Below, in pieces: positions 1 through 8,907 of a stretch of DNA of 38,122 bases. The position numbers were made by a program, and so were the translations under genes. Numbering within the stretch: position 1 is the first letter of the stretch; each line of letters begins with the position of its first letter. Origin of the DNA: Gammaproteobacteria bacterium (lineage in GTDB: Bacteria; Pseudomonadota; Gammaproteobacteria; Pseudomonadales; Pseudohongiellaceae); the NCBI GenBank assembly GCA_002712055.1, contig PARV01000049.1, positions 3,624-41,745 on the forward strand, given 5' to 3'. Under the pieces are notes generated by a model, which saw only the letters and a list, made by a program, of their open reading frames with translations, was not told the origin of the DNA and did not search any database.

Positions 1-1785
1 GGCAAGGCGAACCAGTACTTTCTACGCGGGTTCAATCTGGACCATGGGTCCGACTTTTCTACTTATTTTGACGGCATGCCGGTGAACTGGCGGACCCATG
101 CCCACGCCCAAGGCTACATGGATCTGAATTTCATCATTCCAGAACTAATCCAACGCTTGGATTTTCAGAAAGGCCCCTACTTCGCCAACACCGGAGACTT
201 CTCTTTAGCCGGTTCCAATCGGATGGTGACCTACGACACCTTGGAAGAGGGGTTCTCAGAACTGACTCTAGGCTCTAGAAATGAAACCCGATTACTCACA
301 GCAAACTCTTTCGAAGTCGGTGACGGCGATTTTCTGTATGCCATTGAACATCAACAAACCAACGGATTTTTCGACTTAGAACAGGATGTTCGTAAATACA
401 ATGCCTTACTTAAGTACACCGGTGATATTTTTAACATTCCAAGCCGGATTACCTTCAGTGCTTATGACTCTATATGGACCTCAACTAATCAGATTCCAGA
501 AAGAGCGGTAAAAAATGGGCTAATTGACCGTTTTGGTTTCATTGATCCCGACTTGGGGGGTGACTCTTACCGTTATTCCTTAACCGGCAATTTCGAGTTA
601 AACAATTGGGAATTAAACCTGTACGCCAGTTCTTATTATATGAGTCTGATTAACAATCCAACCTATGTCCTCAACGATTCAATTAACGGTGATGAGTTCG
701 AGCAAGAGGATGAGCGAATCCTACTCGGTGGATCCCTAGTTAATGAGGTTGAGACTGAAATATTCGGCCTCCCAGTTACACGCACTATAGGTGCTGATTT
801 GCGATACGATGATGTAAGCGAACTAAATTTGTTTTATACAGTAAATCGAAACCGCATTGGGAGTCTGCGCGAAGACGAAGCGCAACAGCGTAGTCTTGGG
901 AGCTTTGCCAATCTGCAGTTCTCCCTAACGGATCGACTCAGGGCTAGTGTCGGTCTCAGATTAGACTTCTACGATTTTGAAGTGGATGCTTTACGAGCCC
1001 AGAATTCAGGCTCAAAAAATGAAAGTTTATGGCAACCAAAGGTAAACATAGCCTATGGGGTTAATGAAAACCTGGAACTATACGCGAATTATGGAGAAGG
1101 ATTTCACTCCAATGATGCGCGTGCAGCAGTTAATACTATTGATCCTGCCACGGGTAACCCGTCCGATACCCTCGATATACTAGTGCAAGGTGAAGGCTCC
1201 GAGCTTGGATTTCGCTATGACACACTCGAAGGATTTAACTTTTCGCTTGCCTGGTTTGAATTGGATCTTGATTCCGAGCTTGTATTTGTCGGTGACGCTG
1301 GCACAACCGAACCTAGTGACCCAAGCAGACGCAATGGTATTGAATTGAATTCATTCTGGAAATTTACTGAAGCGCTGGTATTTGATTTCGCTGCAACCAA
1401 GAGTGACGGACATTTCCGGGGGTTGCCATCTGGTGAAAATTCGATTCCTGATGCCCATGACTTGGTGGTGGCTGCCGGTTTGACTTACCACAATCCGAAC
1501 GGCTGGACGTCCAGCCTGCGTGTGCGCCATTTCGACGATGCCGCTCTTACAGAAGACGAATCTGTCAAGAAAGGCGATTCTACCCTAGTCCACTTCGGTG
1601 TGTCCTATGCTCAAGAGTCTTGGGAGCTGGGTTTAGATATAATTAATTTATTAGACCAAGAAGACGACGATATTGCCTACTGGTTCGAATCGCGAATGAT
1701 CGGTGAAACGGCTTCCTTTGAAGATATACATTTCCACCCTTCTAATCCAAGAGCAGTCAGAGCCCTTCTAAAGTACAAGTTCTAA
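1..1785 (+). CDS. TonB-dependent outer-membrane receptor (5'-truncated by the window edge)
   Basis: Frame 1 is open from nt 1 (GKANQYFLRGFNLDHGSDFSTYFDGMPVN...), so the Met at 76 in the ORF track is internal. The sequence has an FLRGFxLDHGxDF-type motif and a long Gly/Asp/Asn/Tyr-rich region typical of a beta-barrel. The C-terminus ...LLKYKF ends in an aromatic residue, as in outer-membrane barrels. Confidence 0.85.
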   Translation, partial: GKANQYFLRGFNLDHGSDFSTYFDGMPVNWRTHAHAQGYMDLNFIIPELIQRLDFQKGPYFANTGDFSLAGSNRMVTYDTLEEGFSELTLGSRNETRLLTANSFEVGDGDFLYAIEHQQTNGFFDLEQDVRKYNALLKYTGDIFNIPSRITFSAYDSIWTSTNQIPERAVKNGLIDRFGFIDPDLGGDSYRYSLTGNFELNNWELNLYASSYYMSLINNPTYVLNDSINGDEFEQEDERILLGGSLVNEVETEIFGLPVTRTIGADLRYDDVSELNLFYTVNRNRIGSLREDEAQQRSLGSFANLQFSLTDRLRASVGLRLDFYDFEVDALRAQNSGSKNESLWQPKVNIAYGVNENLELYANYGEGFHSNDARAAVNTIDPATGNPSDTLDILVQGEGSELGFRYDTLEGFNFSLAWFELDLDSELVFVGDAGTTEPSDPSRRNGIELNSFWKFTEALVFDFAATKSDGHFRGLPSGENSIPDAHDLVVAAGLTYHNPNGWTSSLRVRHFDDAALTEDESVKKGDSTLVHFGVSYAQESWELGLDIINLLDQEDDDIAYWFESRMIGETASFEDIHFHPSNPRAVRALLKYKF

Positions 1786-1913
1786 AGTAAATCCTGCCCC
1801 TCCTTTTTTACAAAAATGAGTCCGAGAAGACTGGTTCTGTAACATTGCTAAAAGGTTTAAAATCAATCCCCTTTGCGCCAAACATGCTAATGTACTGAAT
1901 CGAACCAGTATTT

Positions 1914-4181
1914 ATGCGAACTAACACCCCTATAGTTAAACATCTTATCCTGATTGGTGGCGGCCACAGCCACCTTGCTGTCCTAAAACATCTGGGCATG
2001 AAACCGGTTCAGGGGCTTGCGGTTACACTCATCAGCCGTGATATCCATACACCCTATTCAGGCTCACTTCCAGGCTTGATAGCCGGAACATATGAGCATG
2101 ACGACATTCATATCGATCTACGGCCGCTAGCGCAGTTCGCGGGAGCCCGCATAATCCAAGAAGAAATAACCAAGATCGATCTAATCAATAAGCGCATTAC
2201 AACGCAATCTCGCCCGGCACTGGATTTCGATATCTTGTCATTGAATATCGGATCAGAACCTGATGCCCAGCTAATTCCAGGCGCGTTGCTCTATGCGACT
2301 GGCATCAAGCCAATAAGCGAATTTATACCTCAGTGGCACAAAATCTTTGACACCATCGTATCTTCGCTAAGTAATCAGGACACTGAATATACCCTGGCTA
2401 TTGTAGGCGGCGGTCCAGCCAGCGTCGAACTGGCATTTTCCGCACAAGTCAGCATCTATCGTCAGCTGGGTATAAGCCTAACGGAACAATCAAAACTGAA
2501 AATTCAGATCATTAGCGCAGATGATGACGTCTTGAAATCTCATAACCAAGCTGTACGAAATTTCACCCGATCTGAACTGAAACGACGAGGCATAGAAATC
2601 CGACTGCGTAGCCTCGTAACTGAATTTAAAGAGAATACCGTCATTTGTGAAAATGGGGACAGCTATTACGCGGACGCGATTGTGTTTGCAACCGGAGCCA
2701 AAATCCCTAGCTGGCCCGCAGAAAGCGGGTTAAACATCGCTTCCGACGGATTTATAGAGGTGAACAATCATTTGCAATCTACCTCTCATGAATTCGTGTT
2801 TGCTGCTGGCGATGCAGCAACTATAAGAGATGCAAGCCGACCGAAATCCGGAGTTTATGCTGTGAGGCAAGGTAAACCTCTGGCAGAAAATCTAGTGCGC
2901 TTTGCTACCGGGCGCTATTTGAAAAGCTATCGGCCTCAGCGACATGCTCTTGCATTGATGAGCATGGGCGATAAAAAAGCTATTGCTTCACGTAATAAGT
3001 TGTTCTTCAAGGGTGGCTGGGTCTGGCATTTGAAAAACCGTATTGACACCAACTTCCTTAAGAAATACTCAGAACTGCCAGTCATGTCGGCGCCCCTGGA
3101 TTTAGCGAAGGGTCTTGTAGATAAAAAGCTCGAACAGCAGCTCAAAATCCATGCCATGCGCTGCGCAGGTTGTGGAGCCAAGGTAGCAGGAAACGTTCTT
3201 GAAGAAGTCCTTCAACAGTTACCCAATATAAAAAAAGCTGATGTACTGTCAGGCCGCTCGGAGATCGAAGACGCGTCCATGATAAAAATGAGCGATGGCC
3301 GCGTGCTGCTGCAGAGCGTTGATCAACTCAAGGCTTTTATCAGTGATCCCTGGTTATTTGGCAAGATTGCTACAAACCATTGCCTAAGTGATATCTATGC
3401 CATGGGCGCAACTCCTCATTCAGCGCTCGCTGTTGTTGGTATACCTTTTGCCTCAAAAAAATATGTTAGATCTCAGCTCAAAGAACTCATGTTAGCTTGC
3501 AGTGAGACACTACACGAAAATAACTGTGCTCTAATAGGTGGCCATTCAGCAGAGTCAGATGAATTACATTTTGGTTTATGTGTTAACGGATTCATCGAAG
3601 AAGAAAAAATACTGGGCAAAAGTGGTTTGCAAGAGGGTGACACGCTAATCCTAACCAAACCGTTAGGCACTGGCACGCTCCTAGCTGCGGACATGCGTTA
3701 TCGTGCCTCACACCGAAATATTACTGCGGCATTACATCATATGGCTCTGTCCAATAAGCAAGCTGCAGACAGCTTAGTCGAGCATGGCACCAGGGCCTGC
3801 ACTGATATTACCGGCTTCGGCTTGGCGGGACATCTTATCGAGATGCTCTCGGCGGACAATGTTGTAGTAGAACTCACACTCGATAACATTCCCGCACTGG
3901 ATGGCGCTCTGGAATCACTGCAGGCAGGCGTCTTAAGTTCATTGCATCAGGACAACAAACTGATTAGTGAAATGATCTCTGCCCAAACAATTTCGGCGAC
4001 CAATCCGCACTACGAACTTTTGTTCGACCCTCAAACGGCTGGCGGGTTATTAGCCAGTGTTCCCAAGGCTAATGCAAAAAAATGTCTCCTCCATTTAAGG
4101 AAGAATGGTTATACGCAGGCGACCGCAATAGGACAAGTTACCCGGACCGGCGGTGAAAACCCCTCCATAATCCTTAAATAA
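1914..4181 (+). CDS. selD: Fusion protein: FAD/NAD(P)-dependent pyridine nucleotide-disulfide oxidoreductase (NDH-2-like) N-domain plus selenide, water dikinase (SelD) C-domain
   Basis: N-terminal ~370 aa: two dinucleotide-binding motifs (LILIGGGHSH, LAIVGGGPASVE) and an AAGDAA FAD motif. C-terminal ~345 aa: the SelD glycine-rich loop HAMRCAGCGAKV, which aligns to E. coli GAGCGCK with the Cys17 and Lys20 equivalents kept and Cys19 changed to Ala. Also present are EDASMIK, SDIYAMGATP, GGHS and TDITGFGLAGHL, which are AIR-synthase-family motifs. Confidence 0.85.
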   Translation: MRTNTPIVKHLILIGGGHSHLAVLKHLGMKPVQGLAVTLISRDIHTPYSGSLPGLIAGTYEHDDIHIDLRPLAQFAGARIIQEEITKIDLINKRITTQSRPALDFDILSLNIGSEPDAQLIPGALLYATGIKPISEFIPQWHKIFDTIVSSLSNQDTEYTLAIVGGGPASVELAFSAQVSIYRQLGISLTEQSKLKIQIISADDDVLKSHNQAVRNFTRSELKRRGIEIRLRSLVTEFKENTVICENGDSYYADAIVFATGAKIPSWPAESGLNIASDGFIEVNNHLQSTSHEFVFAAGDAATIRDASRPKSGVYAVRQGKPLAENLVRFATGRYLKSYRPQRHALALMSMGDKKAIASRNKLFFKGGWVWHLKNRIDTNFLKKYSELPVMSAPLDLAKGLVDKKLEQQLKIHAMRCAGCGAKVAGNVLEEVLQQLPNIKKADVLSGRSEIEDASMIKMSDGRVLLQSVDQLKAFISDPWLFGKIATNHCLSDIYAMGATPHSALAVVGIPFASKKYVRSQLKELMLACSETLHENNCALIGGHSAESDELHFGLCVNGFIEEEKILGKSGLQEGDTLILTKPLGTGTLLAADMRYRASHRNITAALHHMALSNKQAADSLVEHGTRACTDITGFGLAGHLIEMLSADNVVVELTLDNIPALDGALESLQAGVLSSLHQDNKLISEMISAQTISATNPHYELLFDPQTAGGLLASVPKANAKKCLLHLRKNGYTQATAIGQVTRTGGENPSIILK

Positions 4182-4289
4182 CTTGTAAACATGTGAACAA
4201 AGGTTTTTAAAATCAACCAGAAGGTTATCACTAACTGGAAGTCGACCACTCGCTAAGATATAGTTCTTTGCCATATCTGGGCAGTCTTC

Positions 4290-5042
4290 ATGAAAATCAC
4301 CAAGAAATTTGAAATAAGCTCGAAAATATTTGCCTACATTATTTGCATCGTGCAGTTTTTGGCACTAAGCATAGAGGTTAATGCGCAAGATAGCGCAACC
4401 AGCAATGTGCTGGATCGCTACGGTGGACTTGATATCGAGCGAGTCGGCCCTACCATCGACCGGGACCTAGCGCAGAAGATGTTTAGGCGAGGTAATACTT
4501 ATAACAACTTGCAACGCTACGAAGAGGCTATCGAAGAGTACCGCAAGGCTATTAGCGCTGATCCCAGTTTCACCGATGCCATCCGGACGTTGGCCAATAT
4601 CTATTACTTTCTAAAACGCTATGAAGAAGCAAAGCCCTTACTTGCTCGATTTATCGAATTGCAGGTCAACCCCTCAGCAAGCCTTATTGCCGCTGTTTCC
4701 ACGTTAGGAGAGTTAGAACGACAATCTGGAAATTTCGATATATCTATAGGGTACGACCTGTATTCTATCGAGCTTGATCCACAAAACGATTCGCAAATCC
4801 ATGTCATGGCAAATACCTATAACAATGCCGGGGATGCTGAAAAAGCTATACAAATTTATCTTGCCGGTATTGAAGTCATGCCAAGCAACGCTTTTTTCGA
4901 TCGCAGTGTTGGTAGAATATTAGAACAGGAAGGTCAGCTTGAGAGGGCGCTTGTCTCGTACGAATCTGCCGCCGCTAAAGAACCGGAATCGGATTTCTAC
5001 AAGACACTAGTAGATAATATACAACTCCGCCTTCAGAGGTAG
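4290..5042 (+). CDS. Secreted tetratricopeptide-repeat (TPR) protein
   Basis: N-terminal signal peptide MKITKKFEISSKIFAYIICIVQFLALSIEVNA|QDS. Repeated TPR-like units are present (YEEAIEEYRKAISADP, YEEAKPLLARFIEL, AEKAIQIYLAGIEVMP, LERALVSYESAAAKEP). Confidence 0.7.
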   Translation: MKITKKFEISSKIFAYIICIVQFLALSIEVNAQDSATSNVLDRYGGLDIERVGPTIDRDLAQKMFRRGNTYNNLQRYEEAIEEYRKAISADPSFTDAIRTLANIYYFLKRYEEAKPLLARFIELQVNPSASLIAAVSTLGELERQSGNFDISIGYDLYSIELDPQNDSQIHVMANTYNNAGDAEKAIQIYLAGIEVMPSNAFFDRSVGRILEQEGQLERALVSYESAAAKEPESDFYKTLVDNIQLRLQR

Positions 5043-5049
5043 ACAACAT

Positions 5050-6141
5050 TCAAAGATAATCCTGTAACCGTTCTTCTCGGTCAGACCTGTCTAGATTGGC
5101 AACACTGCGCACTTTCTCGAAAAAAAGGTCCAGGTTGTTATCAGATTGAATCAACAAATCATTAAAGTACGGCACTAACTCATTATAGGAACTGACGGTT
5201 GCGAGTTGCGCATTATTAAGCGACTGAGAAAACCAGTTATCGTATCCGTCATATCCATTCCAGTCTCGCTTCAGGTCACGATAGCTCTGTCTTAAGTCTT
5301 CCTGCAACTGAGCTTTTCCCTCACGCTTTTCTTCATCAAGCAAGTCAGATTTATAAAGGCTACCGAATCTATCACGGTAATCAGTAACTAACTCAACAAA
5401 TTGCTGTTGACGCAGAATGTTTGCCTCCGCAGCAATAATTTTCTCACCGTCGTTTCCCCGCCTGAGCCATCGTCGAATGCCTTCTCGCTCAACACTGGTA
5501 GCAAAACTTTCATTAAAGCTGGTATCGCCTGGTAGATAAACTATCTGGTGCGCTAGCTCATGAAAAATTAGTCCGGCCAATTGATAATCTGCTCGCTCAA
5601 TCACCGTGCTTAGTAATGAATCTTCAAACCAACCAAGTGTCGAGTAAGCATCTATTCCCCCGATGTATACATCGAACCCATCTGCCTCCAAGTCCCGCGC
5701 GTAACGCGCAGCGCCGGCCTCCGTAAAATAACCACGGTAAGAAACACATCCAGCTATTGGATAGCACCAGTTCACAGGATTTGCCGAAAATTCCGCTGCC
5801 GCAAAGACATTCCAAATGGCGTGCTCTCTCCCCACGTCGACATAAGTGGAATAATTATCTTCGACAGGCAGCCCTAGTTCTTCAACTGCGTATTGGCGAA
5901 TGAGTAATACTTGGTTGAACTTATCCCTTAACTCGGCAGGTATATCGGGTCTCGCCAGAAGTCTTTGAATGTTCTCCCGATCAAACACAAGGGAGAGATG
6001 GCCACGAGCAGCCTGGGAGTAGTAACGGACAGTTTCACAAGAAATCATTAGTACTGAAAGCAGAACAAGTATGCTCAGTTTAATCTGGTTTGCGAATTTG
6101 AAGCTAAAAGACAGATTATTCACCGGCATCGCTAGAGACAC
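5050..6141 (-). CDS. Predicted Zn-dependent aminopeptidase lipoprotein (PF10023 'putative aminopeptidase' family)
   Basis: Lipobox-like VLMISC at about residue 35. HExxH motif in LIFHELAHQ. Family-typical stretches are present ([46 protein letters not shown]). The start is either GTG at 6141 or ATG at 6129, and both overlap the end of yjbQ (by 26 or 14 nt). Confidence 0.7.
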   Translation of the reverse strand: MSLAMPVNNLSFSFKFANQIKLSILVLLSVLMISCETVRYYSQAARGHLSLVFDRENIQRLLARPDIPAELRDKFNQVLLIRQYAVEELGLPVEDNYSTYVDVGREHAIWNVFAAAEFSANPVNWCYPIAGCVSYRGYFTEAGAARYARDLEADGFDVYIGGIDAYSTLGWFEDSLLSTVIERADYQLAGLIFHELAHQIVYLPGDTSFNESFATSVEREGIRRWLRRGNDGEKIIAAEANILRQQQFVELVTDYRDRFGSLYKSDLLDEEKREGKAQLQEDLRQSYRDLKRDWNGYDGYDNWFSQSLNNAQLATVSSYNELVPYFNDLLIQSDNNLDLFFEKVRSVANLDRSDREERLQDYL

Positions 6142-6553
6142 CCTGTATCGTAACTACTAGCCTGCGGGAACCCCCATGTTCGCGATGTTCGCCGAGGTAT
6201 AATCCCTGCCAGTTGCCCAACAGCAAGCGACCTTTCCTTATTGGTATATTCAATTCACACCCTAGTAGGCTAGACTTGATATGGGCTGGCATGTCATCAG
6301 CCCCCTCGTATGTGTGCTTATAGTAAGGTGCGTTTTCCGGCACCAGCTCGTTGAAATGCGATTCCATATCGCCCCTCACTAAACTATCCGCGTTTTCATT
6401 GATACTAATTGATGCAGATGTGTGCTGAAGCAGTAGATGTGCCAGTCCAATTTCCACAGAGCTGATCTCGGGTAATTGCCCCATTATTTCGTCGGTGATC
6501 AGGTGAAATCCTCGAGCACGTGGAGTGAGTTTAATCCGCTTTTGCAGCCACAT
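6116..6553 (-). CDS. yjbQ: YjbQ/UPF0047 family protein (secondary thiamine-phosphate synthase enzyme)
   Basis: Size of 145 aa and motifs typical of the family: ...[14 protein letters not shown]..., [45 protein letters not shown]. Confidence 0.85.
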   Translation of the reverse strand: MWLQKRIKLTPRARGFHLITDEIMGQLPEISSVEIGLAHLLLQHTSASISINENADSLVRGDMESHFNELVPENAPYYKHTYEGADDMPAHIKSSLLGCELNIPIRKGRLLLGNWQGLYLGEHREHGGSRRLVVTIQGVSSDAGE

Positions 6554-6565
6554 GATTAATAACGC

Positions 6566-7324
6566 TTACCGCTGGATCAATTCAATCTCAAAAAGATTTG
6601 CCCAATGCTTTCCCGTGACGAAAAGACGTCGCTGTTCTACATCCCAAGCTATGCCATTTAGGACAGCTTCATTACTGCCCAGTTGAGTCTGGTCAGATAG
6701 CCCTGTCAGATCAATGACAGATTTAACGATACCGGAAGCGGGATCAATGCGCACTATGAAATTGGTTTGCCATACATTGGCCCATATTTCACCATCTATG
6801 TATTCTAGCTCGTTGAGATTGGGTAACGGATTGCCATTAAATGTAACATTGATTTTTCGGCTAGGTGCAAACGTTTCTGGTTCGAGAAATTGAAGTGACG
6901 AAGTGCCGTTGCTAAGAACCAGTTCATTACCGTCGTAAGTCAGGCCCCATCCCTCAGTGGGGTTATAATGGGAACCAGCCAGCTCAAATGTGTCCTTGTC
7001 ATATACGAATACCATGTGAGACTGCCACGTAAGCTGATACAGCTTGTCGTCCACTATTTCGATTCCTTCACCAAAGTATCGTCGATTAAGGCGCGTCGTC
7101 ATCAACACTTCACCATCTTCAAGATTTATCTTGCTCAGTGTGGATAATCCATTTTTACCAGTCCCTTCAAATAAAAACCCCTCGTGGTAAATAAGACCCT
7201 GGGTAAACGAGTTAATGTTATGCGGATAGGTATTCACCAGACTGTATGTAAATTCCCGTACCATCTCCTGGCCAAAACCAAGACCAGAAAGTAGCAACAA
7301 ACAACTACCGATTACAGTACGCAT
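6566..7324 (-). CDS. Glutaminyl-peptide cyclotransferase (plant/bacterial beta-propeller type, PF05096), secreted
   Basis: Signal peptide MRTVIGSCLLLLSGLGFG|QEM. Family motifs are present: FTQGLIY, YFGEGIEI, LYQLTW, EGWGLTYDG, LNELEYIDGEIWANVW, VLNGIAWD, LFVTGKHW. Confidence 0.8.
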   Translation of the reverse strand: MRTVIGSCLLLLSGLGFGQEMVREFTYSLVNTYPHNINSFTQGLIYHEGFLFEGTGKNGLSTLSKINLEDGEVLMTTRLNRRYFGEGIEIVDDKLYQLTWQSHMVFVYDKDTFELAGSHYNPTEGWGLTYDGNELVLSNGTSSLQFLEPETFAPSRKINVTFNGNPLPNLNELEYIDGEIWANVWQTNFIVRIDPASGIVKSVIDLTGLSDQTQLGSNEAVLNGIAWDVEQRRLFVTGKHWANLFEIELIQR

Positions 7325-7456
7325 AATAAAACTATCCTTGAACCTAAAATGCCTTAATGTCTAAAAATCTACTTACTTAAACAGGGCTAGTATAAAATGG
7401 CCAACGATTTCAAAATAGCTCAACCGCCTGCCCTCAAAATAGAAAGGAAGTAACGC

Positions 7457-7804
7457 ATGACTGCCGATTGCTTATTTTGCAAAATTATCTCAGGGGATAT
7501 TCCCTCAAACAAGATCTATGAAGATAAAGATGTCTATGCGTTTCACGACATCAACCCCGCTGCACCATCGCATGTCCTGATAATACCCAAGAAACACTTA
7601 CATGACATTACCGAAGCCAAAGACCAGGATGCTGAGTTGATCGGCAAGCTAGTGCTCCGAGCTAACACAATCGCCGAAGAGATAGGCCTTACAGAAAACG
7701 GTTTTCGATACGTGATCAACACCGGTTCAGACGGTGGCCAGACAGTCTTCCACCTCCACCTACATTTACTCGGCGGCAGACCCATGTCGTGGCCGCCTGG
7801 TTAA
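7457..7804 (+). CDS. Histidine triad (HIT) nucleotide-binding protein, HinT-like
   Basis: 115 aa. N-terminal CLFCKII motif and the histidine triad HLHLHLLGG near the C-terminus. Confidence 0.9.
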   Translation: MTADCLFCKIISGDIPSNKIYEDKDVYAFHDINPAAPSHVLIIPKKHLHDITEAKDQDAELIGKLVLRANTIAEEIGLTENGFRYVINTGSDGGQTVFHLHLHLLGGRPMSWPPG

Positions 7805-8883
7805 GGCCGCTTTAGCAATTGCTTTAGGGAATCCCGGTTCGCTTCGAATACACCTAGCTCCGTGATAAGTCCAGTTACCAGTCGCGCCGGAGTAATATCG
7901 AATCCATAGTTACTGATAGCGACATCGCGTGGCGCGATTCTGACCTGTCTAAAAAGACCGGCTTCGTCAATACCCGTGATATGGCTGACTTCTTCCGCAG
8001 CACGCTGTTCTATGGGAATAACATCGCTATCTACTGAAAAGTCAAAACTGGAAACAGGCAAGGCTGCATAGAAGGGAACGTTATTATCCGAAGCTGCTAG
8101 TGCCTTGAGGTATGTTCCAATTTTATTACAAACGTCCCCGTCGAGTGTGGTCCGATCACTCCCCACCAGTACCACGTCGATATCCCCCTGCTGCATTAAG
8201 TGCCCCCCCGCGTTGTCAACAATCAAGGTGTGAGGAATATCGTGTTGTCCAAGTTCCCAACAGGTTAATGCGGCACCTTGGTTACGCGGTCTGGTCTCAT
8301 CTACCCACACATGAACGGGAATCCCAGCTGACACCGCTTGGTAGACCACTGATAGAGCAGTGCCGCTATCAACGGTAGCCAGGGCTCCTGCATTACAATG
8401 AGTAAGGACGTTTACTATTGACTGCGAAGAGTCTTTAGCCCGCCAGAGAGACTTCAGTATTGGTGCCCCATAGTCCCCAATCGATTGGCATATAGCGATG
8501 TCTTCTTTCTCGATCAACTGGGCCGTTTCCAGAGCTTTCGCAGCTCTCTGATTTAGAGTGGTTGACAAAAGCACTTGCTCTACCCTTTGCAAAGCCCACC
8601 GAAGGTTAACCGCCGTTGTGCGGGTAGCAGATAAGTCTTTAATGGCTTCATCTAGAGAAGCAGGATCTTTTCTTAAAGCTAGATATAAACCATAAGCGGC
8701 GGTCACGCCAATGAGTGGAGCGCCTCTGACCTGCATCTTCGTAATAGCGTGACAAGCATCATGAAGGTTTTGTAGAGCAACAATTTTGAATTCATGAGGT
8801 AGCCGTGTTTGGTCGATGATATTAACCGAATCTGTTTCCATGTCGTACCAGATACTCTGGATATGTTGGTCATCAATTTGCAC
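7801..8883 (-). CDS. mtnA: S-methyl-5-thioribose-1-phosphate isomerase (MtnA / eIF-2B-related sugar-phosphate isomerase; could equally act on 5-deoxyribose-1-P)
   Basis: Motifs IDQTRLPHEF, VRGAPLIGVTAAYGL, THCNAGALAT, VWVDETRPRNQGA-LT, VLVGSDR...GDVCNKIGTY and VPFYAALP are typical of MtnA-type isomerases. Confidence 0.85.
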   Translation of the reverse strand: MQIDDQHIQSIWYDMETDSVNIIDQTRLPHEFKIVALQNLHDACHAITKMQVRGAPLIGVTAAYGLYLALRKDPASLDEAIKDLSATRTTAVNLRWALQRVEQVLLSTTLNQRAAKALETAQLIEKEDIAICQSIGDYGAPILKSLWRAKDSSQSIVNVLTHCNAGALATVDSGTALSVVYQAVSAGIPVHVWVDETRPRNQGAALTCWELGQHDIPHTLIVDNAGGHLMQQGDIDVVLVGSDRTTLDGDVCNKIGTYLKALAASDNNVPFYAALPVSSFDFSVDSDVIPIEQRAAEEVSHITGIDEAGLFRQVRIAPRDVAISNYGFDITPARLVTGLITELGVFEANRDSLKQLLKRP

Positions 8884-8907
8884 GCTTTTTATATTCCCGC
8901 CTTGCTT

